A stretch of DNA of 64,000 nt from Eledone cirrhosa (taxonomy: Eukaryota): assembly GCA_964016885.1 (NCBI GenBank), contig OZ024744.1, positions 95,232,001 through 95,296,000 on the forward strand, in the 5' to 3' direction. A program made the position numbers and the translations under genes. Below the pieces are notes generated by a model. It was not told the DNA's origin and searched no databases. It worked only from the letters and a program-made list of their open reading frames with translations. Positions 1-10,950 of the stretch are shown here, in pieces (position 1 is the first letter of the stretch; every line of letters starts with the position of its first letter).

Positions 1-2103
1 TACAATGTGAGCCACAGTCTCCTCTCTCTCTCTCTCCACAGATCCTACACAGTGGGCTAGCCTCCTCCTTGTAAATATGATGTTTCAACCACTTCGTTTT
101 GAGGGCCTGCTCTTGTGCAGCCATTAACATTCCTTCTGTAGCCTTTTTAAGGTCTCCTCTTCTCAAGCAGTTCCATGTCTGTGGATCTCTGAATTCCATT
201 TTCTCAAAGAAGGTACTATGAAGGGATTTTTCATGAAGGTTGCTCTTTCTCCTTGTTGTTATTTCCTCCTTGGACATCCCCTGGTCTATTGTCCTCTCCT
301 TCAGTACAATTCTGAGCATTGGCTCCTTACTATCGGTCACGTATTTGTGTAGGTTGTTTTCTCCATCTGAACACAGTCCTCTATGCTGATAAGACCTCTT
401 CCACCTTCAGATCTCCTTAAGTAGAGTCTATCGACATCACTCCTCTTGTGGAAGATGTTGCAGATAGTCAATAGCTTCCTAGTCTTCCTATCCATTTCTT
501 TTTGTTCAGCAACATTCCATCTCAGAATTCCTGCACTGTACCTAATAATAGACACAGCTCGGGAATTTACTGCACTTATGGCATTCCTACTATTTAGACG
601 TGATTTTAATATGCTCCTTACTCTCCGAATGTATTCAGATCTTATCAATTCCTTCATTTTTTTGTTCTTGATGTCATCAGCCTCCAGAATACCCAAATAC
701 TTGTATCCTTCTTCAGTGTCAGTTTCCTTTATCATCTCACCTGTTGATACCTGGATTCCGTTGCTTCTGCTCAATTTACCCCTCTTCATCACAAGGACTC
801 CACACTTACTAATACCAAATTGCATACATATATCATTACTGAAAATACGGACAGTGTCAACAAGCACATCCAACTCCTTCTCACTCTTCCCGAAGAGCTT
901 AAGATCGTCCATGAAGAGGAGGTGATTGATGGTAAGCTCTCCCTTTCCCAACTTGTATCCTGCTCTCACTTTTCGTATAATGGTCAGGGGCATCAGGGCA
1001 AGGACAAACAACAGAGGGGACAGACTATCTCCCTGGAAGATACCTCTCTTGATCTTCATGCCTCCCAAGGATTCTCCAGCTGATGTTAACTCTGTTTTCC
1101 AGGACTTCATACTTTTGCTCAACAACTGTCTGATGTTATCTGCCAGCTTGAAGATCTCTAGGCTTTTGGTGATCCAAGAATGAGGCACCATGTCAAATGC
1201 CTTTTTGTAGTCTATCCATCCCATGGCAAGACCAGTGTGTCTCCTCTTGCAATTCCTCATTACCATCTTATCAATAAGTAACTGGTCCTTTGTACCACGG
1301 GACTTCTTTCGGCATCCTTTCTGTTCATCCGATTAGAAGTTGTTTGTGTGGAGGTGATGGTAGATTTCCTCAGACATAATGCTTGTCAACAGTTTCCACA
1401 TTACGTACAGACATGTGATAGGTCTATAGTTGGTAACATCATTACCCTTGATTCGGTCTTTCATTACCAGAACTGTGGTACCTTTTGTCAACCACTCTGG
1501 TACCTCACCTGACATCAAGCAGTCATTGAACATGGTTGTCAGTTTCGGGTGGAGGGATGTTACATTTTTAATCCAATACCCCTGCACACCATCTGGGCCT
1601 GGTGATTTCCAGTTGGTTAGTTTTTTGGCCTGCCCCTTAAGAGTTTCAACTGTGATACTCAAATCAGTTTGTTGGTGTGCCTGTTGACTAATCTCCTTTT
1701 GTACTGTCTCAATCCACACTGCCTGGTCATTATGTTTAACATCCTGCTCCCATATTCCTCTCCAGAATGTCTTGGTTTGTTCCGCCTCAGGGATCAAGTC
1801 GTTGCCTCTTTCTTTCCCTTCAAGATGTCCAAACAACATCTTCTGGTTGTTGTCAAACGTGTGGTTCTGTCTATACTGACTGACTCTGCTCTCGTATCGC
1901 CTGATTTTTGCACTCTTTGCTTCAATGTGTTGCTTCGGTTCCTCTATGATAACATTTAGCCTTTTCCTCCTAGTTTTGTACTTTATTTCCAGTCTATTTT
2001 TAGTGTCTATGTTTTTAGTGTCCCATTCAGTAGGGACTCAAGCTTTCCAATGTCATTTCTCATTTCCCTGATTTGACCATTCAGTCGTTTCTTCCACCAA
2101 GGT
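1..2103 (-). mobile_element. Dong/R4-type non-LTR retrotransposon, copy 1; 5'-truncated, pseudogenised, runs off the window start
   Basis: ORFs 1333-1839 and 337-1266 encode RT ([31 protein letters not shown]). There is an in-frame TAA at 1333-1335 and a frameshift near 355. Colinear with copy 2 (about 2740-4840). Confidence 0.92.
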
Positions 2104-2209
2104 TTATTATTATTATTATTATTGTTATTGTTATTCCTTGAATCTCAGTCATTGATGTTGGTTAACTGGAAAGTCCGTTGGATTGAATATCAAGCCACTA
2201 CCTGCAGCC

Positions 2210-3391
2210 TCAGATATTCAGGACGTATCGGAGGGTTCTTGCCGTTCCAAGCAAGCATGCCTTTTGAAGCGTTCCAAAAAGCGTGAAGGGGCCGATTTTC
2301 TTTAACCATCCCTGGAAACCTTTGGAGATAGTCCCCAGTGCGCCTATGACAATCGGGATCACTTTGACTTCATGGCAGTTCCAAATCCTTTTCACCTCCC
2401 ACTTTAGGTCCTGGTATCGGTTAATTTTCTCCCTCTCCTTCTCTTGCACTCTCGTGTCGAACGGGCAGGCCACATCCACAATCAGGCACGATCTTTTTTC
2501 TTTGTCCACAACCACCAGGTCAGGTCTATTGTGTTCCAGTTTTTTGTCCGTCTGTATCCGAAAATCCCACAGCACCTTCACCTGACTGTTCTCCATCACC
2601 GCCTCTGGCCTATGCTCATACCATTTCTCAGAATGTGGTAGATTGTTTACTTTGCACAGGTGCCAGTGGATCACCCTGCCCATCACATCGTGTCTCCAGC
2701 CCTTATAGTGGGTCTGGGCTAGGTGTTTACACTCGGACACAATGTGAGCCACAGTCTCCTCTCTCTCTCCACAGATCCTGCACAGTGGGCTAGCCTCCTC
2801 CTTGTAGATATGGTGCTTCAACCACTTCGTTTTGAGGGCCTGCTCCTGCGCAGCCATTAGCATTCCTTCTGTAGCCTTTTTGAGGTCTCCTCTTCTCAAC
2901 CAGTTCCATGTCTGTGGATCTCTAAATTCAGTTTTCTCAAAGAAGGTACTATGAAGGGATTTTCCCTTAAGGCTGCTCTTCCTCCTTGATGTTATTTCCT
3001 CCTTGGATATCCCCTGGCCTACTGTCCCCTCCTTCAGTACAGCTCTGAGCATTGGCTCCTTACTATAGGTCACGTATTTGTATAGGTTGTTTTTCTCCAT
3101 CTGAACACAGTCCTCTATGCTGATAAGACCTCTTCCTCCCTCAGTTCTCCTTAGGTAGAGTCTATCGACATCACTCCTCTTGTGGAACATGTTGTAGATA
3201 GTCAATAGCTTCCTAGTCTTCCTATCCATTTCTTTTTGTTCAGCAACATTCCATCTCAGAATTCCCGCACTGTACCTAATAATAGACACAGCTCGGGAAT
3301 TTACTGCGCTTATGGCATTTCTGCTGTTCAGATGTGACTTCAATACGCTCCTTACTCTCCGAATGTATTCAGTTCTTAACAATTCCTTCAT
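2210..3391 (-). CDS. Dong/R4 polyprotein, C-terminal part (CCHC knuckle and restriction-like endonuclease)
   Basis: GGRGL motif, CRICGEREETVAHIVSEC (CCHC), RH, and RPDLVVVD...IVDVACP...KINRY (PD-(D/E)xK-type RLE). Confidence 0.9.
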   Translation of the reverse strand: MKELLRTEYIRRVRSVLKSHLNSRNAISAVNSRAVSIIRYSAGILRWNVAEQKEMDRKTRKLLTIYNMFHKRSDVDRLYLRRTEGGRGLISIEDCVQMEKNNLYKYVTYSKEPMLRAVLKEGTVGQGISKEEITSRRKSSLKGKSLHSTFFEKTEFRDPQTWNWLRRGDLKKATEGMLMAAQEQALKTKWLKHHIYKEEASPLCRICGEREETVAHIVSECKHLAQTHYKGWRHDVMGRVIHWHLCKVNNLPHSEKWYEHRPEAVMENSQVKVLWDFRIQTDKKLEHNRPDLVVVDKEKRSCLIVDVACPFDTRVQEKEREKINRYQDLKWEVKRIWNCHEVKVIPIVIGALGTISKGFQGWLKKIGPFTLFGTLQKACLLGTARTLRYVLNI

Positions 3392-5603
3392 TTTTTTTGT
3401 TCTTTATGCCATCAGCCTCCAGAACGCCCAAATACTTGTATCCTTCCTCAGAGTCAATTTCCTTTATCATCTCACCTGTTGGTATCTGGATCCCGTTACT
3501 TCTGCTCAACCTACCCCTCCTCATCACAATGACTCCACATTTACCAATACCAAACTGCATACATATATCACTGCTGAAAATACGGACAGTGTCAACAAGC
3601 ACATCCAACTCCTTCTCACTTTTCCCGAAGAGCTTAAGATCATCCATGAAGAGGAGGTGATTGATGGTAAGCTCTCCCCTTCCCAACTTGTATCCTGCTC
3701 TCACTTTTCGCAGCATAATGGTCAAGGGCATCGGGGCAAGGACAAACAACAGAGGGGACAGGCTATCTCCCTGGAAGATACCTCTCTTGATCTTCACGCT
3801 TCCCAAGGATACTCCAGTTGATGTCAACTCTGTCTCCCAGGACCCCATACTCCTGCCCAGCAACTGTCTGATGTTATCTGCCACCCTGAAGATCTCCAGG
3901 CTTTTGGTGATCCAGGAATGAGGCACCATGTCAAATGCCTTTCTGTAGTCTATCCATCCCATGGCAAGATCAGTGTGTCTCCTCCTGCAATTCCCCATTA
4001 CCATCTTATCAATAAGCAACTGGTCCTTTGTACCACGTGACTTCTTTCGGCATCCTTTCTGTTCGTCCGGCAACAAGTTGTTTATGTGGAGGTGATGGTA
4101 GATTTCCTCAGACACAATGCTCGTCAACAGTTTCCACATTACGGGCAGACATGTGATAGGTCTATAGTTGGTAACATCATTACCCTTGATTCGGTCTTTC
4201 ATTATCAGAACTGTGGTACCTTTTGTTAACCACTCTGGCACCTCACCCGACACCAAGCAGTCATTGAACATGGCCGTCAGCTTCGGGTGGAGGGATGTTA
4301 AATGTTTAATCCAATACCCCTGCACACCATCTGGGCCTGGTGATTTCCAGTTGGTTAGTTTTTTGGCTTGCCCCTTAAGAGTTTCGACTGTGATACTCAA
4401 ATCAGTCTGTTGCTGTGCCTGCTCACCGATCTCCCTCTGTACTGTCTCAATCCACCCTGCCTGGGCATTGTGTCTAACATCCTGCTCCCATATTCCTCTC
4501 CAGAATGTTTTAGCTTGTTCCGCCCCAGGGATCAAGTCGTTGCCTCTTTCTTTCCCCTCAAGCTGTCCAAACAGCATCTTCTGGTTGTTGTCGAACATGC
4601 GGTTCTGTTTATACTGACTGACTCTGTTCTCGTATCGCCTGATTTTGGCACTCTTTGCTACAATGCGTTGCTTCAATTCCTCTATGATAATATTTAGCTT
4701 TTTACTCCTAGTTTTGTATTTTATTTCCAGTCTATTTTTAGTGCCTATGTTTTTTAGTGTCCCATTCAGTAGTGACTCAAGCTTTCCTATGTCATTTCTC
4801 ATTTCCCCGATTTGCCCACTCAGTCGCTTCTTCCACCACGGCTCTGCTCTTTCTTGTCTGTTGTTTCCTCTCGCTTTTATACCAAGTAGTTTCCTCACCG
4901 TATTTGCTGTTGCTTTGAGGATATTGTTGCACTGGTGAAGACTCCTCGCCTCAAGGTATGGGATGACTTTGTTTACCTTAGCTGTTGTTTCTTTTAACTT
5001 TTTCCTGTCTACAAATCTTAGGTTCATAGGTCTCCCACTATCATTGTTCAACTCATCTACCACTAAATTTAGGATGTCAACCGAATCTTGTCCTAGCCCG
5101 TCAGCATTCATCTCCTCAGTGGCCGTATCTCTGTTCCAGGTATTATTTATCTCAGTATTCAGATCATTGTCTGCTTCGGGTGGTTCCTCCGTTCTCAGGA
5201 CCTCCTCACCTTCATTTCCCGCCGGCTCGCTTGTCTGGCATACTACACCCGCCATCTCCAAGCCATTCTCTCTGCTCAGTTCCTCCAGTTCCAGCTCGCT
5301 TATCCATCCATTAGTTCTTATTACCCGAGCCTGCCCGGCCAATTTTTGTTCATCTAATTTAAATAAACCAATCTCGTTCCAGATGTTATGCATCCGTCTC
5401 CTGTAGCCCCTCTCCTTGGGGTTACTTTTCAGGTAGCATTGCATAACAGTTCTATTCAATTCTTTCGTCCAGTTGGTTCTGGCCCCTTTCCTTCTTCTTC
5501 TTCCTCCAACATCAGCAGTATTTGGTTGACAGTCAGGTTCCTGCTGCTGAGCCAGGGGGCACCTGTTGGGTGAGAGTCTGTCACATGACGTTCTAGTCTC
5601 CAT
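3369..5603 (-). CDS. Dong/R4 polyprotein, N-terminal part (Myb-like region and reverse transcriptase)
   Basis: 744 aa ORF with WTKELN...CY...[44 protein letters not shown] and YKYLG motifs. It ends at an A8 homopolymer frameshift. Confidence 0.9.
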   Translation of the reverse strand: METRTSCDRLSPNRCPLAQQQEPDCQPNTADVGGRRRRKGARTNWTKELNRTVMQCYLKSNPKERGYRRRMHNIWNEIGLFKLDEQKLAGQARVIRTNGWISELELEELSRENGLEMAGVVCQTSEPAGNEGEEVLRTEEPPEADNDLNTEINNTWNRDTATEEMNADGLGQDSVDILNLVVDELNNDSGRPMNLRFVDRKKLKETTAKVNKVIPYLEARSLHQCNNILKATANTVRKLLGIKARGNNRQERAEPWWKKRLSGQIGEMRNDIGKLESLLNGTLKNIGTKNRLEIKYKTRSKKLNIIIEELKQRIVAKSAKIRRYENRVSQYKQNRMFDNNQKMLFGQLEGKERGNDLIPGAEQAKTFWRGIWEQDVRHNAQAGWIETVQREIGEQAQQQTDLSITVETLKGQAKKLTNWKSPGPDGVQGYWIKHLTSLHPKLTAMFNDCLVSGEVPEWLTKGTTVLIMKDRIKGNDVTNYRPITCLPVMWKLLTSIVSEEIYHHLHINNLLPDEQKGCRKKSRGTKDQLLIDKMVMGNCRRRHTDLAMGWIDYRKAFDMVPHSWITKSLEIFRVADNIRQLLGRSMGSWETELTSTGVSLGSVKIKRGIFQGDSLSPLLFVLAPMPLTIMLRKVRAGYKLGRGELTINHLLFMDDLKLFGKSEKELDVLVDTVRIFSSDICMQFGIGKCGVIVMRRGRLSRSNGIQIPTGEMIKEIDSEEGYKYLGVLEADGIKNKKNEGIVKN

Positions 5604-6360
5604 TTCACCGTTATTCGAACTGTTTATGTTCGATATTTAAACACTCTTATCGAGGATTGGCGAATGTATGTTTACATAGCCATCTGTGGATCCGCCATCC
5701 CACTTGGCCCTTGTGTGGCATTATCACCACGCTGTATACGGACACACATAAACAAACAAACACACGGGCAGAAAGGGCCCCAAAAATGAATAAGCATAAG
5801 TTTCATTGTAATGTAGTATTCGAATGTCTGACTTAGTTTTTGTTTTTTAAGTTTTACTTTTTCCCCCCTCTTCTCTGTCCGTCCGCCTGCTTCTCTCTTC
5901 ATTCTTATTTTCTTTACGTTTTGGGGGTTTCTTTTTTTGTTTTTGTTTTTCTCTGTTTGTTTTTCTCGTTTTTTGCTGTTGTTGCTGTGCTGCTTTTGTT
6001 GTTTGTTTTTTCTTTTTTCTTTTGAGTCTATCTATATATTTTGATGCCTTCCTCTTTGTTAGTAGTAGGAATTCTATAATGTGGAAGTGGCAGCCAGCAG
6101 AGACTGGCGGCGTTGGCGATACTGAGACAGTGGTGGTGGTGATGTCGATACCGAGGCAGTGGTGGCGGTGATGCGACCGTATTACTGTAGTGATGGTGCT
6201 GTAGCGGTGGCAGCAGCAGTGAAGGAGTCAAGGGGTGGTGGCGGCGGTGATGGGATAGTGGTGGTAATGATGGCCGTAGTGAGCGGTGGCGGTGAAGGTG
6301 AAAATGCTGTTGTGTTTAGTGTACACAGATGATGGGGTGGGTGGTGTATCTAGTTTCTGG

Positions 6361-6431
<71 letters not shown>

Positions 6432-6537
6432 AATCTCGCCGAGGTTAACTTTGCCTTTCATCCTTACGGGGGTCGATAAAATATAGTACCAGTAATACAC
6501 TGGGATAATTGCTGGCCTTGTGCCAATAGTAGAAACA

Positions 6538-6577
<40 letters not shown>
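6361..6577 (+). mobile_element. 5'-truncated SINE family A between two (ATT)n tracts
   Basis: (ATT)n at 6361-6429, body gcctttcatccttacggggtcgataaaa, tail ccttgtgccaatagtagaaacaattatt(att)n. Confidence 0.8.
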
Positions 6578-6578
<1 letters not shown>

Positions 6579-6934
6579 GGCACTTTCAGCAGTTAGATGA
6601 GAATTGTTTGACACAAAGAAGTTAATCAGTTTCAGCTGCAATAATCAAATTATATTTCAAGTAACATTTCAGAGTTGAGGTGATTTTCCTTTAAGGAATT
6701 CTTTAACATCAACAATGACAAGGCAAAGTTGTTGTTTTGATGTTGTTTTCTTTTCTATAATTAATGAATTTTCACAAGGAAGAACATAAAACATTTCTGA
6801 ATATATAGAAACTAACTGATGTATAAACAAAGAATGGAATCTAAACTATAATAAAGGAAGGTCTGCGGGACTGCGTACGGTTTATTTTTTTTATCCTGTT
6901 AGTAAAATAAGTTGGATTACTTTGAATAAATAAT

Positions 6935-7118
6935 TGTTTCTACTTTTGGCACAAGGCCAGCAATTATCCCAGTGCATAACTGGTACTTTATTTTATCGAC
7001 CCCATAAGGATGAAAGGCAAAGTTAACTTCGGCGGGATTTGAACTCAGATTGTAAAGGGACGTAACTATGCTGGAAAGCATGTCCGACCCTCTACCGATA
7101 CTGCCAATCCACCGCCCT
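6935..7118 (-). mobile_element. tRNA-derived SINE family A, full copy with target-site duplication
   Basis: A/B-box-like head (tggcagtatcggtag ... gagttcaaatccc). Flanked by the direct repeat tttgaataaataat at about 6921 and 7118. Confidence 0.85.
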
Positions 7119-7594
7119 TTGAATAAATAATGAATGAATATTACATAATTTATCTACTAAATTTCGTAAACAAAAATAATTTTGTAAAAATAAATAATTT
7201 AAAATTGACTTCTTTTCAAAGTTGCACTTCCGCTATATCGTTGCCACCACCACCACCACTTCAACTACCATATATATGGAAAGAGAGAGTGTGTGATGTC
7301 AACACTTCCGGTGGCGATCACTTAAATAAACATACTAATTTTCTGTCACTTGTTTTCTCCTAATGCAGTTTATATATAATATCGTCTTTTTTTAATGTAT
7401 CATGGATTACGTTACTGATTACATAAGACAGTGTAACAACGTCTTCATTCAATTTATGTTTATATTGTCAATTACGATTTTATTTGATGTATCATATCTA
7501 CATGTATATATACTTGTGTATAATATCAATATACACACTACACATGCTTGCAGAAAACCACCCTTAGGGTGGTTTTCTGCTAGTCTCTATAACA

Positions 7595-7788
7595 ATTGTT
7601 TCTACTTTTGGCACAAGGCCAGCAATTACCCCAGTGCATTACTGGTACTTTGTTTTATTTTATCGACCTCCGTAAAGATTAATGGCACAGTTAACCTCGA
7701 CAGGATTTTGAACTCAGACCGTAAAGGGCCGTAACTCTATGCTGCAAAGCATGGCATCCAACCCTCTACCGATACTGCCACTCCACCA
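7595..7788 (-). mobile_element. SINE family A
   Basis: Colinear with 6935-7118; flanked by ctataa(c/t)aat. Confidence 0.8.
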
Positions 7789-7888
7789 CTATAATAATGA
7801 TACATTTTCTTTTTCTGTGATCCAATCCAATCCATTTCAGGGGTGTGGCTGTACTCACCATGCTTGGCCAATTGTGGATTGGTGAAGC

Positions 7889-7923
<35 letters not shown>

Positions 7924-8000
7924 CATACATATATATATGTATATATGTATATATATATATGGAGGAGGTTATAGTTCACTTGAAGCATTGTGTAATGAGG

Positions 8001-8854
8001 TATAAACGTTTGAATATGTATAATAAAGCCAAAACAATGCAGTTATGGACATAGAATAAAGAATACAAATGCAAAAGATATTGTTGACAATTAGTCTTTT
8101 ACCTTAGATTTATTTAAATGTCCTTAATTTTCGAGATAATATCTCTTCTTCAGAGGGAAGTAAAGCTCTCAAACCAGTGTTCTAAATAGCTTGCCAAGTC
8201 ATGCTGACAGGAAATGGTATAGAGTATCTGTTCTATCTTTAATGTCAAAGAGTTAAAATTAGATGGATAAAGAGTAGTCTCCCTTTAAAAGGGGTTTGTT
8301 TTTGTTTTTTTTGTTTTTTTTATACATGCCTGTTTAAGTGTGTGGGAGAATGCATGAAGGTGTAAGTATGTGAGTGTGTGTGAGTGTGAGAAGATATGTC
8401 TATTCGTAAATGTGGGGGATAGGTGTTATCTGGTTTTGTGTGTGTATGTGTGAGAGAGAATAAGTAGAGGTGTAAGCATGTGTGGGGGGGTGTAAATATG
8501 GGGCTAGAAGCTCTATCAGGTTATAAATTGGGTGTTGAGTTGAAAAAAAACAAAAACAAACCCCCTTTAAAGGGAGACTACTCTTTATCCACCTAATTTT
8601 AACTCTTTGACATTAGAGATAGAACAGATACTCTATACCATTTCCTGTCAGCATGACTTGGCAAGCTATTTAGAACACTGGTTTGAGAGCTTTACTTCCC
8701 TCTGAAGAAGAGATATTATCTCAAAAATTAAGGACATTTAAATAAATCTAAGGTAAAAGACTAATTGTCAACAATATCTTTTGCATTTGCATTCTTTATT
8801 CTATGTCCATAACTGCATTGTTTTGGCTTTATTATACATATACAAACGTTTATA
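8001..8854. mobile_element. Penelope-like pseudo-LTR inverted repeat (arms about 8001-8311 and 8544-8854)
   Basis: Near-perfect inverted arms of about 310 bp with a GT-rich spacer. Each arm holds a hammerhead core followed by AATAAA. Confidence 0.75.
8122..8157 (-). ncRNA. Minimal type I hammerhead ribozyme
   Basis: The minus strand reads cct-CTGAAGA-a-GAGAT att ATCTC-GAAA-at-TA-agg, giving a 5-bp stem II, a palindromic AATT stem III and a 3-bp stem I. The right-arm copy (8699-8733) has GAAA mutated to AAAA. Confidence 0.65.
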
Positions 8855-8998
8855 TATATATATATATGTATATATGTATACATGTGTTTAATGGTAGCTA
8901 TGGTGCTTCCTTAGGCAGTATGCCAGTTGAGCACTCAATGTTCTTACAGAGCAGAGTGTAAATAATATAAACAAACGAAAAATCAGTGATGCATCTAG

Positions 8999-9350
8999 AC
9001 TCAGTTTATTGCGTGTTACAATTGTTTCACCGGCAGATAGCTTGAGGCATGATCATTGTGTGGATCTGCCTGATTCTACGGCTGCAGGTTCTTCGGACAC
9101 ATGCAATGCTTTCTGAGCAAATTTTCTCACTGGGGTTTTTATCTTCAAAAAACAGCTTCAAAAAACATCTTCCACTAAGATGTTTTTTTAAGCTGTTTTT
9201 TTTTAAGCTAAAACCCCAGTGAGAAAATTTGCTCAGAAAGCATTGCATGTGTCCGAAGAACCTGCAGCCGTAGAATCAGCCAGATCCACACAATGATCAT
9301 GTCTCAAGCTATCTGCCGGTGAAACAATTGTAACACGCAATAAACTGAGT
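8999..9350. mobile_element. 352-bp near-perfect palindrome, Penelope-like pLTR pair
   Basis: Arms mirror around ~9174. Each arm carries a hammerhead-like fold and a terminal AATAAA. Confidence 0.75.
9243..9340 (+). ncRNA. Hammerhead-like fold with variant core CCGAAGA and long stem II (mirror copy at 9009-9106, minus strand)
   Basis: ttgc(at)gtgt-CCGAAGA-acc(t)gcag...ctgc(c)ggt-GAAAC-aatt-GTA-acacgcaa; all three stems pair. Confidence 0.6.
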
Positions 9351-9375
9351 ATGTATATATGTATATATATATATA

Positions 9376-9890
9376 TCATCATCATCATCGTTTAATGTCC
9401 ATCTTCCACGCTAGCATGGATTAGACGGTTTTGTTCCATTAGATGCGGGAATGGTCGAGAGACCGTGTCTCGCTCACACAGAGGTGTCTCTGGCAGATTT
9501 TTACAGCTGGATGTCCTTCCTAATATCAACCACATTTACAGTGTGGACTGGGAGCCTTTTTACCGTGTCTCCTACACGACCACTTTACAGTGTGGACTGA
9601 GTGCTTTTTGTTGTGTCATCGAAACAGTGGATAGAAATGGGAGGATGGGGTAGGGTGTGTGGGGGTGGAGTGTAAATTGGGTTAAGAGGTGCCAATTGAC
9701 TGTAGGTTTGTATTCAATGGCAGTCGGGTCTTCTGTACAACTGCATGGTGCCAAAGATCTTGATCCAGTGACATTGTCTTAGAGAGGTGTAAGTGAGCAA
9801 GGTCAGTTTTTATCACCTCCCCTCAGGTTTTTCTTGGTCTACCCACCCCATAGCTTCCATCAATTTTCATTGCCCTGCACTTTTTTTCAT
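9376..9890 (-). mobile_element. RTE-clade LINE 3' fragment with long 3' UTR and (GAT)n tail
   Basis: Minus strand translates to KKCRAMKIDGSYGVGRPRKT...DQDLWHHAV. The UTR has 48-bp units, an aggaaggacatcc box and a (gat)n tail. Confidence 0.8.
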
Positions 9891-10114
9891 TTAAGTTTGG
9901 TGGTTCACCACTGGATAGAACTGGTCATTCCATATAGTTAACCATGATGTAATAGTAGGAAGCGCACTCAATGTTATGCAACTCATCCGTCGGAGATGGT
10001 CTGTGGTGGCAATAACACTTAGTCCATAAGCCATCTCCGAATCAAATATTTTCTCTATTTTCTCTGCTTATATCTTCTTTGTTTGCCATAATTCCTTTTT
10101 TGAGTAACTAATTA

Positions 10115-10189
10115 TGCAATATGAACCTGATGATGTTGTCAGGATTTTACGTAACCTGACCATTGAAATATATATATATTGTTTTTGCA
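10115..10189 (+). ncRNA. Type I hammerhead ribozyme candidate
   Basis: tgcaa(tat)gaac-CTGATGA-tgtt-gtcagg...cctgac-catt-GAAA-tatatatata-TT-gtttttgca. This gives a 9-bp bulged stem I, a 6-bp stem II helix and a palindromic stem III. Confidence 0.65.
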
Positions 10190-10261
10190 ACCACAAAATT
10201 TTAAGGAAACTTCACCAGTCCGACCTCCTGTCACTTTAATCAAACTATATATATATATATA

Positions 10262-10700
10262 TATCCAATCAATGGTCTTCTGACTCCCATTGGAGGAACC
10301 CTTCTTAGGTTGACCTCAACCGCTTTCTTTTTGGTTTTGGTCATGTCTTCAGGGGTGTAGCTGTATACACCATGCTTGGCCAATTATGAGTTGGTGAGGT
10401 TTTTGAACCCAAATTTGGGGTGGATGGCCATTGACTGAGGAATTCATCTGCCCTTTTCACACCTCTTGTTTTTTGTGCTGCTGGGGTGCCACTTATCTAT
10501 CCCATCATCAGACCAAGGTCTAATAGGGGAACCAATTTAATTGCTGACCACTCGACTGTGAAGAAGGTTGTACTGAGTTACATGGTAACAGTAGCAAAGA
10601 GAAATCTGACCTGACCAAACAAGGGTATGGTGGGGGAACCAGTTCAGTCACTGACCACTCACCTGTGAAGCAGGTTGTACTGGGTTACATGGTACAAGCA
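10262..10700 (-). mobile_element. Non-autonomous RTE-derived element (5' UTR-like module, partly duplicated, plus short tail)
   Basis: The reverse complement matches 45440-45620 (catgta.cccagtacaacct, gtcaatggccatcca). A short relative lies at 7818-7887. Confidence 0.6.
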
Positions 10701-10734
10701 GGCAGAAGTCTGTCTTGTGATAGTGATAATATAT

Positions 10735-10950
10735 TTAACCCTTTAGCATTTACATTACTCTACATCTACTATTGTATTTTCATGGTAAAGGCTTTATCTC
10801 ACATAATAACAAATCTATGAGATTTTGATATTATTTATTTTGAGAACAATACCTTAACATCAGTATGAGTGGCCAGTTACAGCCAGTTTGAACAGAAAGT
10901 GATGAGAGAATTCTAGCCGGATATGACCAGTTTAAATACTAAAGGGTTAA
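10735..10950. mobile_element. piggyBac-type MITE
   Basis: TTAA-CCCTTTAG ... CTAAAGGG-TTAA termini. An inverted homologue lies at 34324-34629. Confidence 0.8.

Larger units (their letters stand above)
2104..5790 (-). mobile_element. Dong/R4-type non-LTR retrotransposon, copy 2; near full length, with (TAA)n-like tail
   Basis: Single-ORF RT plus RLE layout, short 3' UTR and a (TAA/CAA)n tail at 2104-2135. The 5' boundary is approximate. Confidence 0.92.

Noticed and set aside
446-5573. Plus-strand ORFs over the Dong elements (and 27874-32081 over Tx1)
   Set aside because: They are antisense shadows of retrotransposon ORFs with no recognisable motifs.
5640-5790. HDV-like ribozyme in the Dong 5' UTR
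   Set aside because: Hairpins exist (ggccctt/aagggcc) but I could not build P1.1, L3 or J4/2.
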